Position numbers and translations under genes: made by a program. Shown here piece by piece: positions 1 through 8,909 of a DNA stretch of 64,000 bases. The notes under the pieces were generated by a model that was not told the origin of the DNA, did no database searches, and saw only the letters and a list, made by a program, of their open reading frames with translations. Positions within the stretch are counted from its first letter, which is position 1; each line of letters opens with the position of its first letter. The DNA is from a virus (Duplodnaviria; Heunggongvirae; Uroviricota; Caudoviricetes): IMG/VR virus record IMGVR_UViG_3300029305_011445, one strand, 5' to 3'.

Positions 1-123
1 TCATCTGCCAGTTTAATCATAGCTGTCGGGAAATATGTAGTTGCTGCTAAATCAGGATTCGATCCAGCGCACCCAGATAATAAGCACGTACATGCTGTAA
101 TAATCACAAATAATTTTTTCATT
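1..123 (-). CDS. lipoprotein, 5' part only (gene runs off window start)
   Basis: ATG at 123-121 on minus strand preceded by AAAGGAG; translation MKKLFVIITACTCLLSGCAG has a lipobox; consensus promoter motif at 156-167. Confidence 0.55.
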
Positions 124-155
124 GTTTTATTCTCCTTTTAAATTTGTTTTGTAAA

Positions 156-167
156 ATAAATATGGTA
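156..167 (-). promoter_or_regulatory. consensus promoter motif (ACCATATTTATT in gene orientation)
   Basis: exact copy ~30 nt upstream of lipoprotein start 123. Confidence 0.6.
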
Positions 168-170
168 TGT

Positions 171-593
171 CTAATTTGTGTTTAATAAATCATCGTACCA
201 ATCGATTATGGTGTCTTTTAAATCTCGGATTGAAGCATTTACATTCCAAATAACAACTCCATAAAACTTTTCTTTTGGAATCTCACCAAACGTTCTGCTA
301 TCTAAACTATTGTCCATATTATCTCCGATCACATACAATCCGTTTTCTGATGATAAATCTTCGTAATATCGTTTTACAATTAATTCGCACTCAATATCAA
401 GTTCTCCGGCTTTAATAATAACAATATCCTGATCTTCTGGCTTCGCTTTTATATCAACAATAAGATAATCACCATCATAAAGCGTTGGATACATAGATTC
501 TCCAACAACTTGAGTAATGCCCATGTGATTCGTTGAAATCACAAGAAGTGTAACGATTATAGTATTTATAAGTCTTTTAACACGTTTAAACAT
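171..593 (-). CDS. signal peptidase I (S26 family)
   Basis: N-terminal TM then GESMYPTL (catalytic Ser), VKRY (catalytic Lys), GDNxxNSLDSR box. Confidence 0.85.
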   Translation of the reverse strand: MFKRVKRLINTIIVTLLVISTNHMGITQVVGESMYPTLYDGDYLIVDIKAKPEDQDIVIIKAGELDIECELIVKRYYEDLSSENGLYVIGDNMDNSLDSRTFGEIPKEKFYGVVIWNVNASIRDLKDTIIDWYDDLLNTN

Positions 594-645
594 TTGTATA
601 CCTCTTTACATTTATTTTATGACTTAAAAACTTTGATTCGAAATA

Positions 646-897
646 TTACTGCTGCATAAGTTTTTTGGTGACGTATTCTAACGGAGCAGCATGATCCGGT
701 TCCTTCATTAACCGCACCCGTAATATCTGCAGCTGAGATCTATTTGAAATATCCGCTAATCGTTCATAAGTAAGAGACGATTGATTGGATTTAATTCGTT
801 GATAAAGATCTTCCCATTCTTTATCTGAAAACATTTGTGCCTGAATCATATATCCTCCTAAAGTTAAAACAAAAACACTATGTTTTATTAGGTCCAA
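646..897 (-). CDS. hypothetical protein
   Basis: 83 aa ORF, 6 nt from upstream gene, likely operon 904..1491>646..897>171..593. Confidence 0.5.
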   Translation of the reverse strand: MDLIKHSVFVLTLGGYMIQAQMFSDKEWEDLYQRIKSNQSSLTYERLADISNRSQLQILRVRLMKEPDHAAPLEYVTKKLMQQ

Positions 898-903
898 AAT
901 CGT

Positions 904-1491
904 TTAAAACGATGGTAAAAATTGTGTACCTGGGTTAATAGTTATGTTTTTATTAAAGGTTGCTTTGGAAAGCTCTGTTTGGTTGTCTTTAAACACATCA
1001 AATAATGCCGTCAATACTTCAATCGAATATGCTGATCGTTTCATTAAATCTAATCCGGAATCAATATTAAATTCACACGAGATTTTATCTGTATTTTTAC
1101 TATTTGTTAATCGTAGTTTCATAATCCCATCCCAGTGTTCTTCTACTCTTAGATAAAAGATGACATCCTTTGGTTCATAATGTATTCTGTAACTGGTAAC
1201 CCTTTGAGTCGAAATTAATTCATCGAACGAAAACAACAACCAATCACAATCTGCTTCGTACCCGGGCATCCATCGGTCTCTGTCGCCATGAACGCAGGAT
1301 AATACATATTTAATCAAATCATAATCAATCGATTCTTCTGCTTCGGAACGATTTATCGGTCGGTAATAAACCAATCGGTTATCAACGTAAAATTCAACCA
1401 TTGATGTTCCACCGTGTGGTCCTAGCCGGATCATGACATTGCGGTCTTCGTGCTTATATATATAATCTGTTGAAACTATTATGGTGTTCAT
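904..1491 (-). CDS. hypothetical protein
   Basis: ORF track start 1503 lies only 6 nt from promoter motif; second ATG (1491) has GGAGG RBS so start moved to MNTIIVS. Confidence 0.55.
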   Translation of the reverse strand: MNTIIVSTDYIYKHEDRNVMIRLGPHGGTSMVEFYVDNRLVYYRPINRSEAEESIDYDLIKYVLSCVHGDRDRWMPGYEADCDWLLFSFDELISTQRVTSYRIHYEPKDVIFYLRVEEHWDGIMKLRLTNSKNTDKISCEFNIDSGLDLMKRSAYSIEVLTALFDVFKDNQTELSKATFNKNITINPGTQFLPSF

Positions 1492-1509
1492 ATCTACCTC
1501 CATATACTG

Positions 1510-1521
1510 AATAAATATGGT
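1510..1521 (-). promoter_or_regulatory. consensus promoter motif
   Basis: exact copy 18 nt upstream of ATG 1491; limits TSS to within ~9 nt of motif. Confidence 0.6.
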
Positions 1522-1580
1522 TTAACTTCCCGCAAAACAAAAGAAACGCTTAAATAAAAATAAGAGGCCGTACAAGCCTC

Positions 1581-1958
1581 TTATTCTACACTAGTTTTGT
1601 CTTCAAGAATGTATATATCACCATCTTTTTCGCGGATATAATACTTTTCTTGCAATTCTTCTATTGAAACTGATTCATCTACGACGCAACGATATATGTA
1701 TCGTCCTGTTGGTGTTTGTTTTTCAAGTGAATTAAAAAACATTGGAATAAATGTAAACGAAAACCAACCGATTACTATCAAAACAATAGGGATGAAACGT
1801 TCATCATCAAGAGTTACCAAACAAACAAATACACCAAGTGCAAACGTAACAATTGCTGGTAAGAAAAAGTTTGTAAGAAAATAATTCTGATTCATATTTG
1901 TGCTCATGATTTCAATTTTTTCTAATATTGTAACGCCATCTATCATCTTATTTAACAT
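1581..1958 (-). CDS. small integral membrane protein
   Basis: two predicted TM helices; start trimmed to internal Met to avoid overlap with upstream LRR gene; hairpin terminator 1562-1582 follows. Confidence 0.45.
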   Translation of the reverse strand: MLNKMIDGVTILEKIEIMSTNMNQNYFLTNFFLPAIVTFALGVFVCLVTLDDERFIPIVLIVIGWFSFTFIPMFFNSLEKQTPTGRYIYRCVVDESVSIEELQEKYYIREKDGDIYILEDKTSVE

Positions 1959-1965
1959 CCTTAAT

Positions 1966-2862
1966 TTATTTGTTTTCGGAGTAATTGCAAATAACTTTTG
2001 TACTGTCATCATGAACAAGTTCTATACCTGCAATGAGATTGTTCCATTGTTCTTCTGTGCCTTTAAAATATATGGTTAATTCTACATTTCGGTCATCATC
2101 TGATGTCCAAAAAGAACATTCTCCAATATTTTCTAAAGATGCTGGTAAAATCAATGTTTTTAAGTTTTTGCAGTTTGAAAAAGCGTATTCGCCAATTTCT
2201 GTAACGCCATCAGGTACTGTAATATCCTCTATAGCAGTGCCACCTAAAGCCCAATCACCTATTTTTGTTACGTTTACAGGAATCGTAACATTTTTTAAAT
2301 TTTTACAATGACCTAAAAGACTTTTCGATATTTCTGTTATATTTTCAGGTAATTTGATAGATGTTAAATTTTCGCAACTAGCAAATACGTTTACGCCAAA
2401 TTCAGTTACACTATTTGGAATAATAACTTCTTCCAATTCATAACATTTCCAAAAAGTGTCTGATTCAATTTTTGTAACACCATCTGGGATTTCAATACGT
2501 TTTAAAGATGATTGACTAAATGCAAAACCACCAATTTCTGTTACAGAATTTGGAATTTCAATATATGAAATACCATTCCAATTGTTTAACTGTCGAACAA
2601 ATGTTGCCGTTTCAGGGATTTTCAGTGTCAAATTAGTCCCATATTGTTCTGAATCTTCTAAAAATGCATTCCATTCATCAGGATGAATATAATCAGTGCC
2701 TAAATTGAATCCATATTTTTCGGCAAACGCATTGTATCCAATTACAAGCTCTCCAGACTCATTAAATAAACCATACTTTTCTACTTCTTCTTTGCCGCAT
2801 CCTGTAAATAAGGTAAGTATTGTTACAAACAATAATCCGAAACTTACAATTTTCTTTTTCAT
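1966..2862 (-). CDS. leucine-rich-repeat (BspA-type) lipoprotein
   Basis: signal peptide with LFTGCGKEE lipobox; repeated IPxxVTxIGxxAF units typical of BspA-like LRR surface proteins. Confidence 0.75.
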   Translation of the reverse strand: MKKKIVSFGLLFVTILTLFTGCGKEEVEKYGLFNESGELVIGYNAFAEKYGFNLGTDYIHPDEWNAFLEDSEQYGTNLTLKIPETATFVRQLNNWNGISYIEIPNSVTEIGGFAFSQSSLKRIEIPDGVTKIESDTFWKCYELEEVIIPNSVTEFGVNVFASCENLTSIKLPENITEISKSLLGHCKNLKNVTIPVNVTKIGDWALGGTAIEDITVPDGVTEIGEYAFSNCKNLKTLILPASLENIGECSFWTSDDDRNVELTIYFKGTEEQWNNLIAGIELVHDDSTKVICNYSENK

Positions 2863-2910
2863 CTATATTCCTCGCTTCATATTATTTTAGAACAAATTTA
2901 CTTGTTTCAT

Positions 2911-2922
2911 CATAAATATGGT
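2911..2922 (-). promoter_or_regulatory. consensus promoter motif
   Basis: ACCATATTTATG upstream of 1966..2862; TTGTAA 9 nt further upstream. Confidence 0.6.
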
Positions 2923-2938
2923 TGGAATTGTTTACAAA

Positions 2939-2974
2939 GCAAAAAAAAACACCGGAAGCAATTAACCTCCGGTG
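2939..2974 (-). terminator. rho-independent terminator (CACCGGAAGCAATTAACCTCCGGTG + T-run on minus strand)
   Basis: GC-rich hairpin with A9 on plus strand, placed after the stop of 2989..4275 and before the next promoter motif. Confidence 0.7.
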
Positions 2975-2988
2975 CGAATATTTATGTT

Positions 2989-4275
2989 TTACTGATTTGA
3001 TACGATTAATACATACATTACTTCATCATCATCTTCGTCGACTTCTAGTGAAAGATAATTTGAATTTTTAAATGCTTCACTAAATTCTTGATAATTAGAT
3101 TCTGTATCGTATTCTTTGTTTGCATACCCATCACTTAAAAAATAGATACATGAATCATATGATGTCCAAATTCTATCATCAACAGAAACTGTATTTGTGC
3201 ATGAATATAAGTCACCAAGCATTGCTTTTGCCTCAGCAATTGTTAATTCATCCTCATTAAATTTGAAATTGCCATCAGCTGCAACAATATCAATTGCTTC
3301 ATCTTCATCGTATGCAAATGGGATACAAATTGCAGTCAATGTACAATCGTAAATCGGAATCACATCATCTGTTCTATTTTCAATAGTAACTTCAATTTCT
3401 TCTGAATCTTTACAAGTTCTACTGAATACATCGATTTTAAAATTCAAAGATTCACCCGGTTCTGCGGTCAAACTATCAATATATCCTTCATCAGCAACAA
3501 ATATATTATCAGCATTTAAAAGTTTGCTAATTTTATCTTTGCCTACAGTATATACGACACCGTCTAACTTAAATTCCATATAATTGTAACCAGAGAATGG
3601 TTCGTCATAGTCTAAATCGTTTACTTTTATACCAAGTTCATCTCTGTAACTAAAATCAATGTTTTTGAACATTCTGTAATCAGATGCAAGAAAAGCACTA
3701 ACCATATTATTTTCAAAATTCGCACTAAAGTTCACATAAGATTTGTCGTCATATTTATTACTGACATCTTCCATAAGTGCAACAAATTTATCTTTGTTTT
3801 CTTGATTTGTCGCTTCCATACCATTGATTTTAACATTCATTGCTGTCATTGCCTTATGACCACCTGTTAATTGCATATTAACAATGATACAATCCTTCAT
3901 TGGTGTAAACACATTTTTTTCTGGAGTCATTAAATCAAATGAAGCATAAGCATCATCGATTCCTGCTATTTTGCGATCACCAGATCCTGTATTGTAACCA
4001 ACTAAATTAGAATCACTTAAATATAAGTTACGATCTTTTTCATCTTCAAATACATCGACAATTTCACCTAATGTTGTTTCACCTAAAACAACTGTTTTAC
4101 CCATAAATTCTACAGTAAACAATGGATCCAGTTTTTCAACCTTTTCTTCCTGTTTTACAACACTATTGTTACTGTCGATACCATTTGAATCAGTTACATT
4201 TGATTCAGAACCGCACGCTGCAAATAAACTTGTTGTCATAATTAATGACAACAACAAACATAATTTCTTTTTCAT
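2989..4275 (-). CDS. lipoprotein, unknown function
   Basis: MKKKLCLLLSLIMTTSLFAACGSE lipobox; own promoter motif (4325-4336) and terminator (2939-2974). Confidence 0.7.
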   Translation of the reverse strand: MKKKLCLLLSLIMTTSLFAACGSESNVTDSNGIDSNNSVVKQEEKVEKLDPLFTVEFMGKTVVLGETTLGEIVDVFEDEKDRNLYLSDSNLVGYNTGSGDRKIAGIDDAYASFDLMTPEKNVFTPMKDCIIVNMQLTGGHKAMTAMNVKINGMEATNQENKDKFVALMEDVSNKYDDKSYVNFSANFENNMVSAFLASDYRMFKNIDFSYRDELGIKVNDLDYDEPFSGYNYMEFKLDGVVYTVGKDKISKLLNADNIFVADEGYIDSLTAEPGESLNFKIDVFSRTCKDSEEIEVTIENRTDDVIPIYDCTLTAICIPFAYDEDEAIDIVAADGNFKFNEDELTIAEAKAMLGDLYSCTNTVSVDDRIWTSYDSCIYFLSDGYANKEYDTESNYQEFSEAFKNSNYLSLEVDEDDDEVMYVLIVSNQ

Positions 4276-4324
4276 TTATTTTCCTCGTTTCATATAATTT
4301 TGGAATCAAATTATTTGATTCACT

Positions 4325-4336
4325 AATAAATATGGA
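4325..4336 (-). promoter_or_regulatory. consensus promoter motif
   Basis: TCCATATTTATT upstream of 2989..4275. Confidence 0.55.
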
Positions 4337-4348
4337 TATAGTATTATG

Positions 4349-4384
4349 CAAAACAAAAACACCGGAAGCAATTAGCTCACGGTG
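4349..4384 (-). terminator. rho-independent terminator, near-identical hairpin family member
   Basis: CACCGGAAGCAATTAGCTCACGGTG + A-run; differs at only a few positions from the hairpins at 2950 and 8748. Confidence 0.65.
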
Positions 4385-4554
4385 TAATTGTTTAATATAT
4401 TAATCTATATCGTTCCTAACATTATAAGCGAATGATTTTTTCTTCATTTAAATGTATCTTCTTCTGTTAATACTTTTAAAACAGAATGTTTCTTTTTGAC
4501 CGCTTTGTTTGAAAATCCCACTTTCCATTTATATTAATATATAATATATTTTAC

Positions 4555-5064
4555 TTAAATTTCTGTTATTTTTGATCTCAAAATTTCTTCTAACTCATAT
4601 TTTCTTTGGCTAAAAATCATACTTGGATTTTTGTTACCTTCTAAATAAACTACATAACAAATATCCCCTACCTTGATTTCTTTAGATTTTTTCCTATCTA
4701 CCCAAGCTCCTGAATTTTCTCCAAATATGATTTGCGTGTCATTTGATGTATCTTCATTACTAACAACTTGTTTATCAATACATTTTCTTTCCAAAATATA
4801 AAATTGACCTTTTTTCACTTTATTTATATCGGCATAAGTTTCTAACAATTTCTTTACACCTAGAAAATATCCAAAAGGAATGAGAATCGGCACACCCACA
4901 AATAAAAGCAATATTAATAATTTCTTAAGACTGTCAGCAAAGGTTAAGCCTACCCCAAATATAAATAGACCTGCTATACAAAACCCAATGTAACAAGGAA
5001 TTTGTTTATAATATTTTCCCTCTTCTAATAATTTATCTGTTGTAATTAATATTCTTTTTTGCAT
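4555..5064 (-). CDS. membrane protein, unknown function
   Basis: 169 aa ORF with 2 TM helices; 44 nt after upstream gene (operon). Confidence 0.5.
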   Translation of the reverse strand: MQKRILITTDKLLEEGKYYKQIPCYIGFCIAGLFIFGVGLTFADSLKKLLILLLFVGVPILIPFGYFLGVKKLLETYADINKVKKGQFYILERKCIDKQVVSNEDTSNDTQIIFGENSGAWVDRKKSKEIKVGDICYVVYLEGNKNPSMIFSQRKYELEEILRSKITEI

Positions 5065-5108
5065 TTTTTACTCCTATATTATTTTTAAATTAAACTCTTT
5101 TACATACA

Positions 5109-5963
5109 TTATTCAATTTCTTCTAAGGCAACATGATATCTATCAAAATTTTTACCTTGATAGTATACTTTTACTGTTTCACCTTTATAAGAACGTTCTG
5201 GTTCTCCCCAAAAACCTCTTGATGCAAAAATATGAATAATTCCATCTGGTGCTACATATTTGCATAATACAATATAACCCATAAATGTACGATTTTTATT
5301 ATCTGTTGGAATACCATAATCGTATGCTAATTTTTTGTTTATTTTTAAAAAGACAGGTTTAATTATACTATTAACTTTTATACGTCCAACTAATTCAACT
5401 CCACATGTTATAGCTTCAATATATTGATTACTTGCTATAAGTGTCTCTGCCTGCTTTTCGCTATCATATTTGAATTTATGTAAAACAGCATCGTGTGGTA
5501 AAATTGAATTCGTATCAACATAATAATTTTTAGGATTTTTTAAATCTACATATACTTTTAATTGTTTTGTAGATATTAATGCAGATGGATTATATAAAAG
5601 CGAATGACTCTTAAATAAATATTCTTTTCCTGTTTCATCTATATATTTACATATAATAAAATATGGATTCATAGATATTCTATCAATTTGTACTTTTTGA
5701 TATACATTTATATCAACATCTATAATTTCTGCATATACATATTTATTTGCTGTAATAAGTGATTCTTTTTTATTCTTTTTTATAGAATGAATCATTTTAC
5801 ATACAGCTCCTGCTATTAAAAATGTACTTATAACACCACAAAAAATAATACTAAATAACCACATATTTGGATTTATTAACCAGATAAGTAATCCCATTAC
5901 ATTTCCAAATAATCCTATTAATAAAAATAAATTACCCAAACTGTTTAATATACTTTTTTTCAT
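5109..5963 (-). CDS. membrane protein, unknown function
   Basis: 284 aa, two N-terminal TM helices. Confidence 0.5.
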   Translation of the reverse strand: MKKSILNSLGNLFLLIGLFGNVMGLLIWLINPNMWLFSIIFCGVISTFLIAGAVCKMIHSIKKNKKESLITANKYVYAEIIDVDINVYQKVQIDRISMNPYFIICKYIDETGKEYLFKSHSLLYNPSALISTKQLKVYVDLKNPKNYYVDTNSILPHDAVLHKFKYDSEKQAETLIASNQYIEAITCGVELVGRIKVNSIIKPVFLKINKKLAYDYGIPTDNKNRTFMGYIVLCKYVAPDGIIHIFASRGFWGEPERSYKGETVKVYYQGKNFDRYHVALEEIE

Positions 5964-6037
5964 AAAATAATCCTTTCTTTTGCATATTTATTAATACAAT
6001 TTTTTCGATTATTTATAATGCTATTCTTTATTTTGGT

Positions 6038-6478
6038 TTATTTTAATAAACCTTGTTTTTTAAAAACAAAAATGAATATAAATATTCCTATAAAAATAAA
6101 AACAGAAGATACTGTAGTTGCAGCTACACTAATTAATTTCCAGTCTTTATTCTCTGTCATAATTGTAGGATCTTCAGGGTCTACCCAAATAATTATCGTT
6201 GTTCCTTCTTCAATTGGATCTGACTCGTGGCTATAAATTGTTCTTTCATATTCTTTTCCGTTTACTTGATATTTTATTTCTTGATTGTAATAAGTGCGTG
6301 TAACGTTATCACTATCACTTTTTGTATATTCTCTATTTCCAGTTACAACTGCTTTAACTTCTAATGTACAATTTTCACTATTACTTTTTGCTGTTGGTAT
6401 AACAACGAATATTGTTAAACATAATAATACTAATCCTATTATTAGGAATAAAATACCAAAACTGATACCTTTTTTCAT
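6038..6478 (-). CDS. DUF3592-like small membrane protein
   Basis: N- and C-terminal TM helices flanking a soluble beta-rich core; has a truncated paralog at 7290-7680. Confidence 0.6.
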   Translation of the reverse strand: MKKGISFGILFLIIGLVLLCLTIFVVIPTAKSNSENCTLEVKAVVTGNREYTKSDSDNVTRTYYNQEIKYQVNGKEYERTIYSHESDPIEEGTTIIIWVDPEDPTIMTENKDWKLISVAATTVSSVFIFIGIFIFIFVFKKQGLLK

Positions 6479-6490
6479 AAGAGCACTCCT

Positions 6491-7144
6491 TTACTGTTCA
6501 CTTCTAACTGTTAAGATCATCGCATCTACGATTTCTTTAATCGCATCAATCTGTTCTTGTGGCTGTTCTCTGTCTTTAACTGCACCGATAATCGCACATG
6601 GCATTCCTTCATATACAAAAGAATAACCTTTTACATAAGATGTGTAGTGTTTAGCTGTTCCACAATCCATTGTACCTTCAAACGAATATACCTTGATTCC
6701 ATTAATTTCTAAATACTCTTCTGTAAGTTCGCCCATCTCATTAATCGTATCATAACCATCCATATTTCTTATAAATCTTTCAAATACGATATCAAATGCT
6801 TCTTTTTCATCTGCCGCACTGGCTACTTGAATACATGAAAAAGTAGCATATTTTACTTCATCTTCATACCATATCTGTGTAAATCCTGACTCGATTGGAT
6901 GCATACCTGGCGCATTTACATAAATGTCCCAGCCTGGCACTTTATATGTATTCGGCAACAATGAATCCTCTTCTTTTTCGCTTTCTACTACTTCTATCTC
7001 TTGCTTTTCACTAACTTCATCTTTATTATTTTCTTCTTCCTGCTGATTCACCTCCGGTGTGTCTGCTGCCTCTGTGTTTCCACCACATGCACATGTAAAA
7101 ATTAGTGTAACTAACATTAATAAGCTAACAATTCTTTTCTTCAT
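6491..7144 (-). CDS. lipoprotein, acidic, unknown function
   Basis: MKKRIVSLLMLVTLIFTCACGG lipobox; 12 nt upstream of 6038..6478 (operon). Confidence 0.7.
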   Translation of the reverse strand: MKKRIVSLLMLVTLIFTCACGGNTEAADTPEVNQQEEENNKDEVSEKQEIEVVESEKEEDSLLPNTYKVPGWDIYVNAPGMHPIESGFTQIWYEDEVKYATFSCIQVASAADEKEAFDIVFERFIRNMDGYDTINEMGELTEEYLEINGIKVYSFEGTMDCGTAKHYTSYVKGYSFVYEGMPCAIIGAVKDREQPQEQIDAIKEIVDAMILTVRSEQ

Positions 7145-7289
7145 TTAAGTCTCTCCTCGTCTATCGATTATTTATTTTTGATAAACCAGTTCGCCAAACT
7201 CCTGAGCTTTAGCTCAGTGAGTTAAGCGAACTTATACTCCTAACGGAGTATTTAATCAATCACACACCGAAGGTTTACCTTCGGGTGTT

Positions 7290-7680
7290 CTTGATTTTGT
7301 TCCGGTTATACATATAACTATACCACAGACAATAAAGGCAAATGACACGTCCAACGCTGCGCCTGATACCATCTTCCAGTCTTTATTTTGAGTCATAACC
7401 GTTGGATCATTTGGATCTATCCATATTATTATTTCTGACCCTCTTCAATAGCGTCTGATTCCTTACTATGAATTGTTTTTTCATACTCTTTACCGCCTAC
7501 TTCGTATTTAATTTCTGGATTATAATAGGTTCTGGTCACATCATCGCTGTCGCTTTTTGTATATTCTCTGTTCCCGGTCACAATTGCCGTAATTTCCACT
7601 GTACAGTTTTCACTGTTGTTTTTTGAAATTGGAATGACAACCAACACTGTTAAACTTAATAGTGCGATTCCTATTGCCAA
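7290..7680 (-). pseudogene. frameshifted or truncated paralog of 6038..6478
   Basis: 83-aa ORF 7429..7680 is ~75% identical to residues 1-83 of 6038..6478 and then terminates; the homologous C-terminal part continues in another frame down to ~7290. Confidence 0.5.
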
Positions 7681-7753
7681 AAATAAAATGGCAAATTTAC
7701 TATTTTTTTTTCATTAAATAGTCAATCATTTCTGTTCTCCTAAAAAAACAAAA

Positions 7754-8602
7754 TCAATTATAAAATGGAAGCCAATATATGATAGTTCCCATTATAGCAA
7801 CTACAAAAAAGGCTACTATCATTATTTTTTGTCCCATTTTAGTATGTTTCTCATACCTCTCCCATTGCTCAAGACCTAATATATCTTTTAATTCAAATTT
7901 TGGAAGAAATTCAAACTGAGTATTTACCGAGGAAGGCACTTTCTTTTTTACCATCTCGATAAACTCTTTGTCATACAGTTCATTTTCCTCTTTTAAAAGA
8001 GATTTTCCCGGCCACGGGTCTATATTTTCTCCCTTACTTAAGTAGTTAATGCAATCTACTATTTTTGATACACAAGCAAGCATTGTGATTGGAATATCTT
8101 TCTCATCTTTTATGTACAATGTTGCCATAAGATTCTCTTCCATTGTATCGGAATCCCATCTTTTTATTATCGCTATAAGATTTCCATCGTTATCGTATAG
8201 GCAAAAGGCATCGTTCATCCCAAAGAGCATATAGGATTTTTCATTATAATCTATTACATTTAATCCAATATTCTTATTTAATCCACGCTCTTCGCATTGT
8301 AAGGCATCCCAGTGATTAGTCATAACGCGTGTGCCGTTTTCATACACTCCAAATCCTATAGCCCATTCTCTTTTTGAAGAATAAGGGTATTTAAAGTTTA
8401 ATTCCTTTCTTTTAATGAGGATTGGTCTGTTTTTAAAACAATAGTTTTTATTGTTATATATCATCTGCGTATGAAAGCATTGTCCATTGGCAGCAATTGC
8501 AATTACATCCCCTGTCGTTTCGGATATGAACCACCATTTATTTAGCTGCTCTTTAAATAAGTTCTCTTGATATAATTTCAGAATCATAATCTTTTTCTCC
8601 AA
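7754..8602 (-). CDS. hypothetical protein with C-terminal TM helix
   Basis: 282 aa; own promoter motif at 8714-8725. Confidence 0.55.
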   Translation of the reverse strand: MEKKIMILKLYQENLFKEQLNKWWFISETTGDVIAIAANGQCFHTQMIYNNKNYCFKNRPILIKRKELNFKYPYSSKREWAIGFGVYENGTRVMTNHWDALQCEERGLNKNIGLNVIDYNEKSYMLFGMNDAFCLYDNDGNLIAIIKRWDSDTMEENLMATLYIKDEKDIPITMLACVSKIVDCINYLSKGENIDPWPGKSLLKEENELYDKEFIEMVKKKVPSSVNTQFEFLPKFELKDILGLEQWERYEKHTKMGQKIMIVAFFVVAIMGTIIYWLPFYN

Positions 8603-8713
8603 TTCTACAATTACGATAAACCTTACGGCATTTTACTTACAGCTCAAAATACTAATCTCATTTTATCTATTTCTCTCGTTTCATATTATTTTAGAGAAAA
8701 TTTGTTTGTTTAA

Positions 8714-8725
8714 CATAAATATGGT
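8714..8725 (-). promoter_or_regulatory. consensus promoter motif
   Basis: ACCATATTTATG upstream of 7754..8602. Confidence 0.55.
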
Positions 8726-8740
8726 TACATATTATACAAA

Positions 8741-8772
8741 GCAAAAACACCGGGAACGATAAGTCTCCGGTG
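8741..8772 (-). terminator. rho-independent terminator, same hairpin family
   Basis: CACCGGGAACGATAAGTCTCCGGTG + A-run, ~140 nt after the stop of 8910..10175. Confidence 0.65.
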
Positions 8773-8909
8773 CTATTTTCTTACTGCTTATTAGTTCTTG
8801 CTGCGAAAATTTAAAGTCACAATATTCACATATTTATACGATTACAAAAATGGGTCACAAATTAATTCGCCATCACAATTTAGATACTTAAAACCAACAG
8901 CTGACACTA

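Noticed and set aside
1492-1503. ATG 1503 as start of 904..1503
   Set aside because: 6 nt from the promoter element and overlapping the GGAGG that serves the next ATG (1491).
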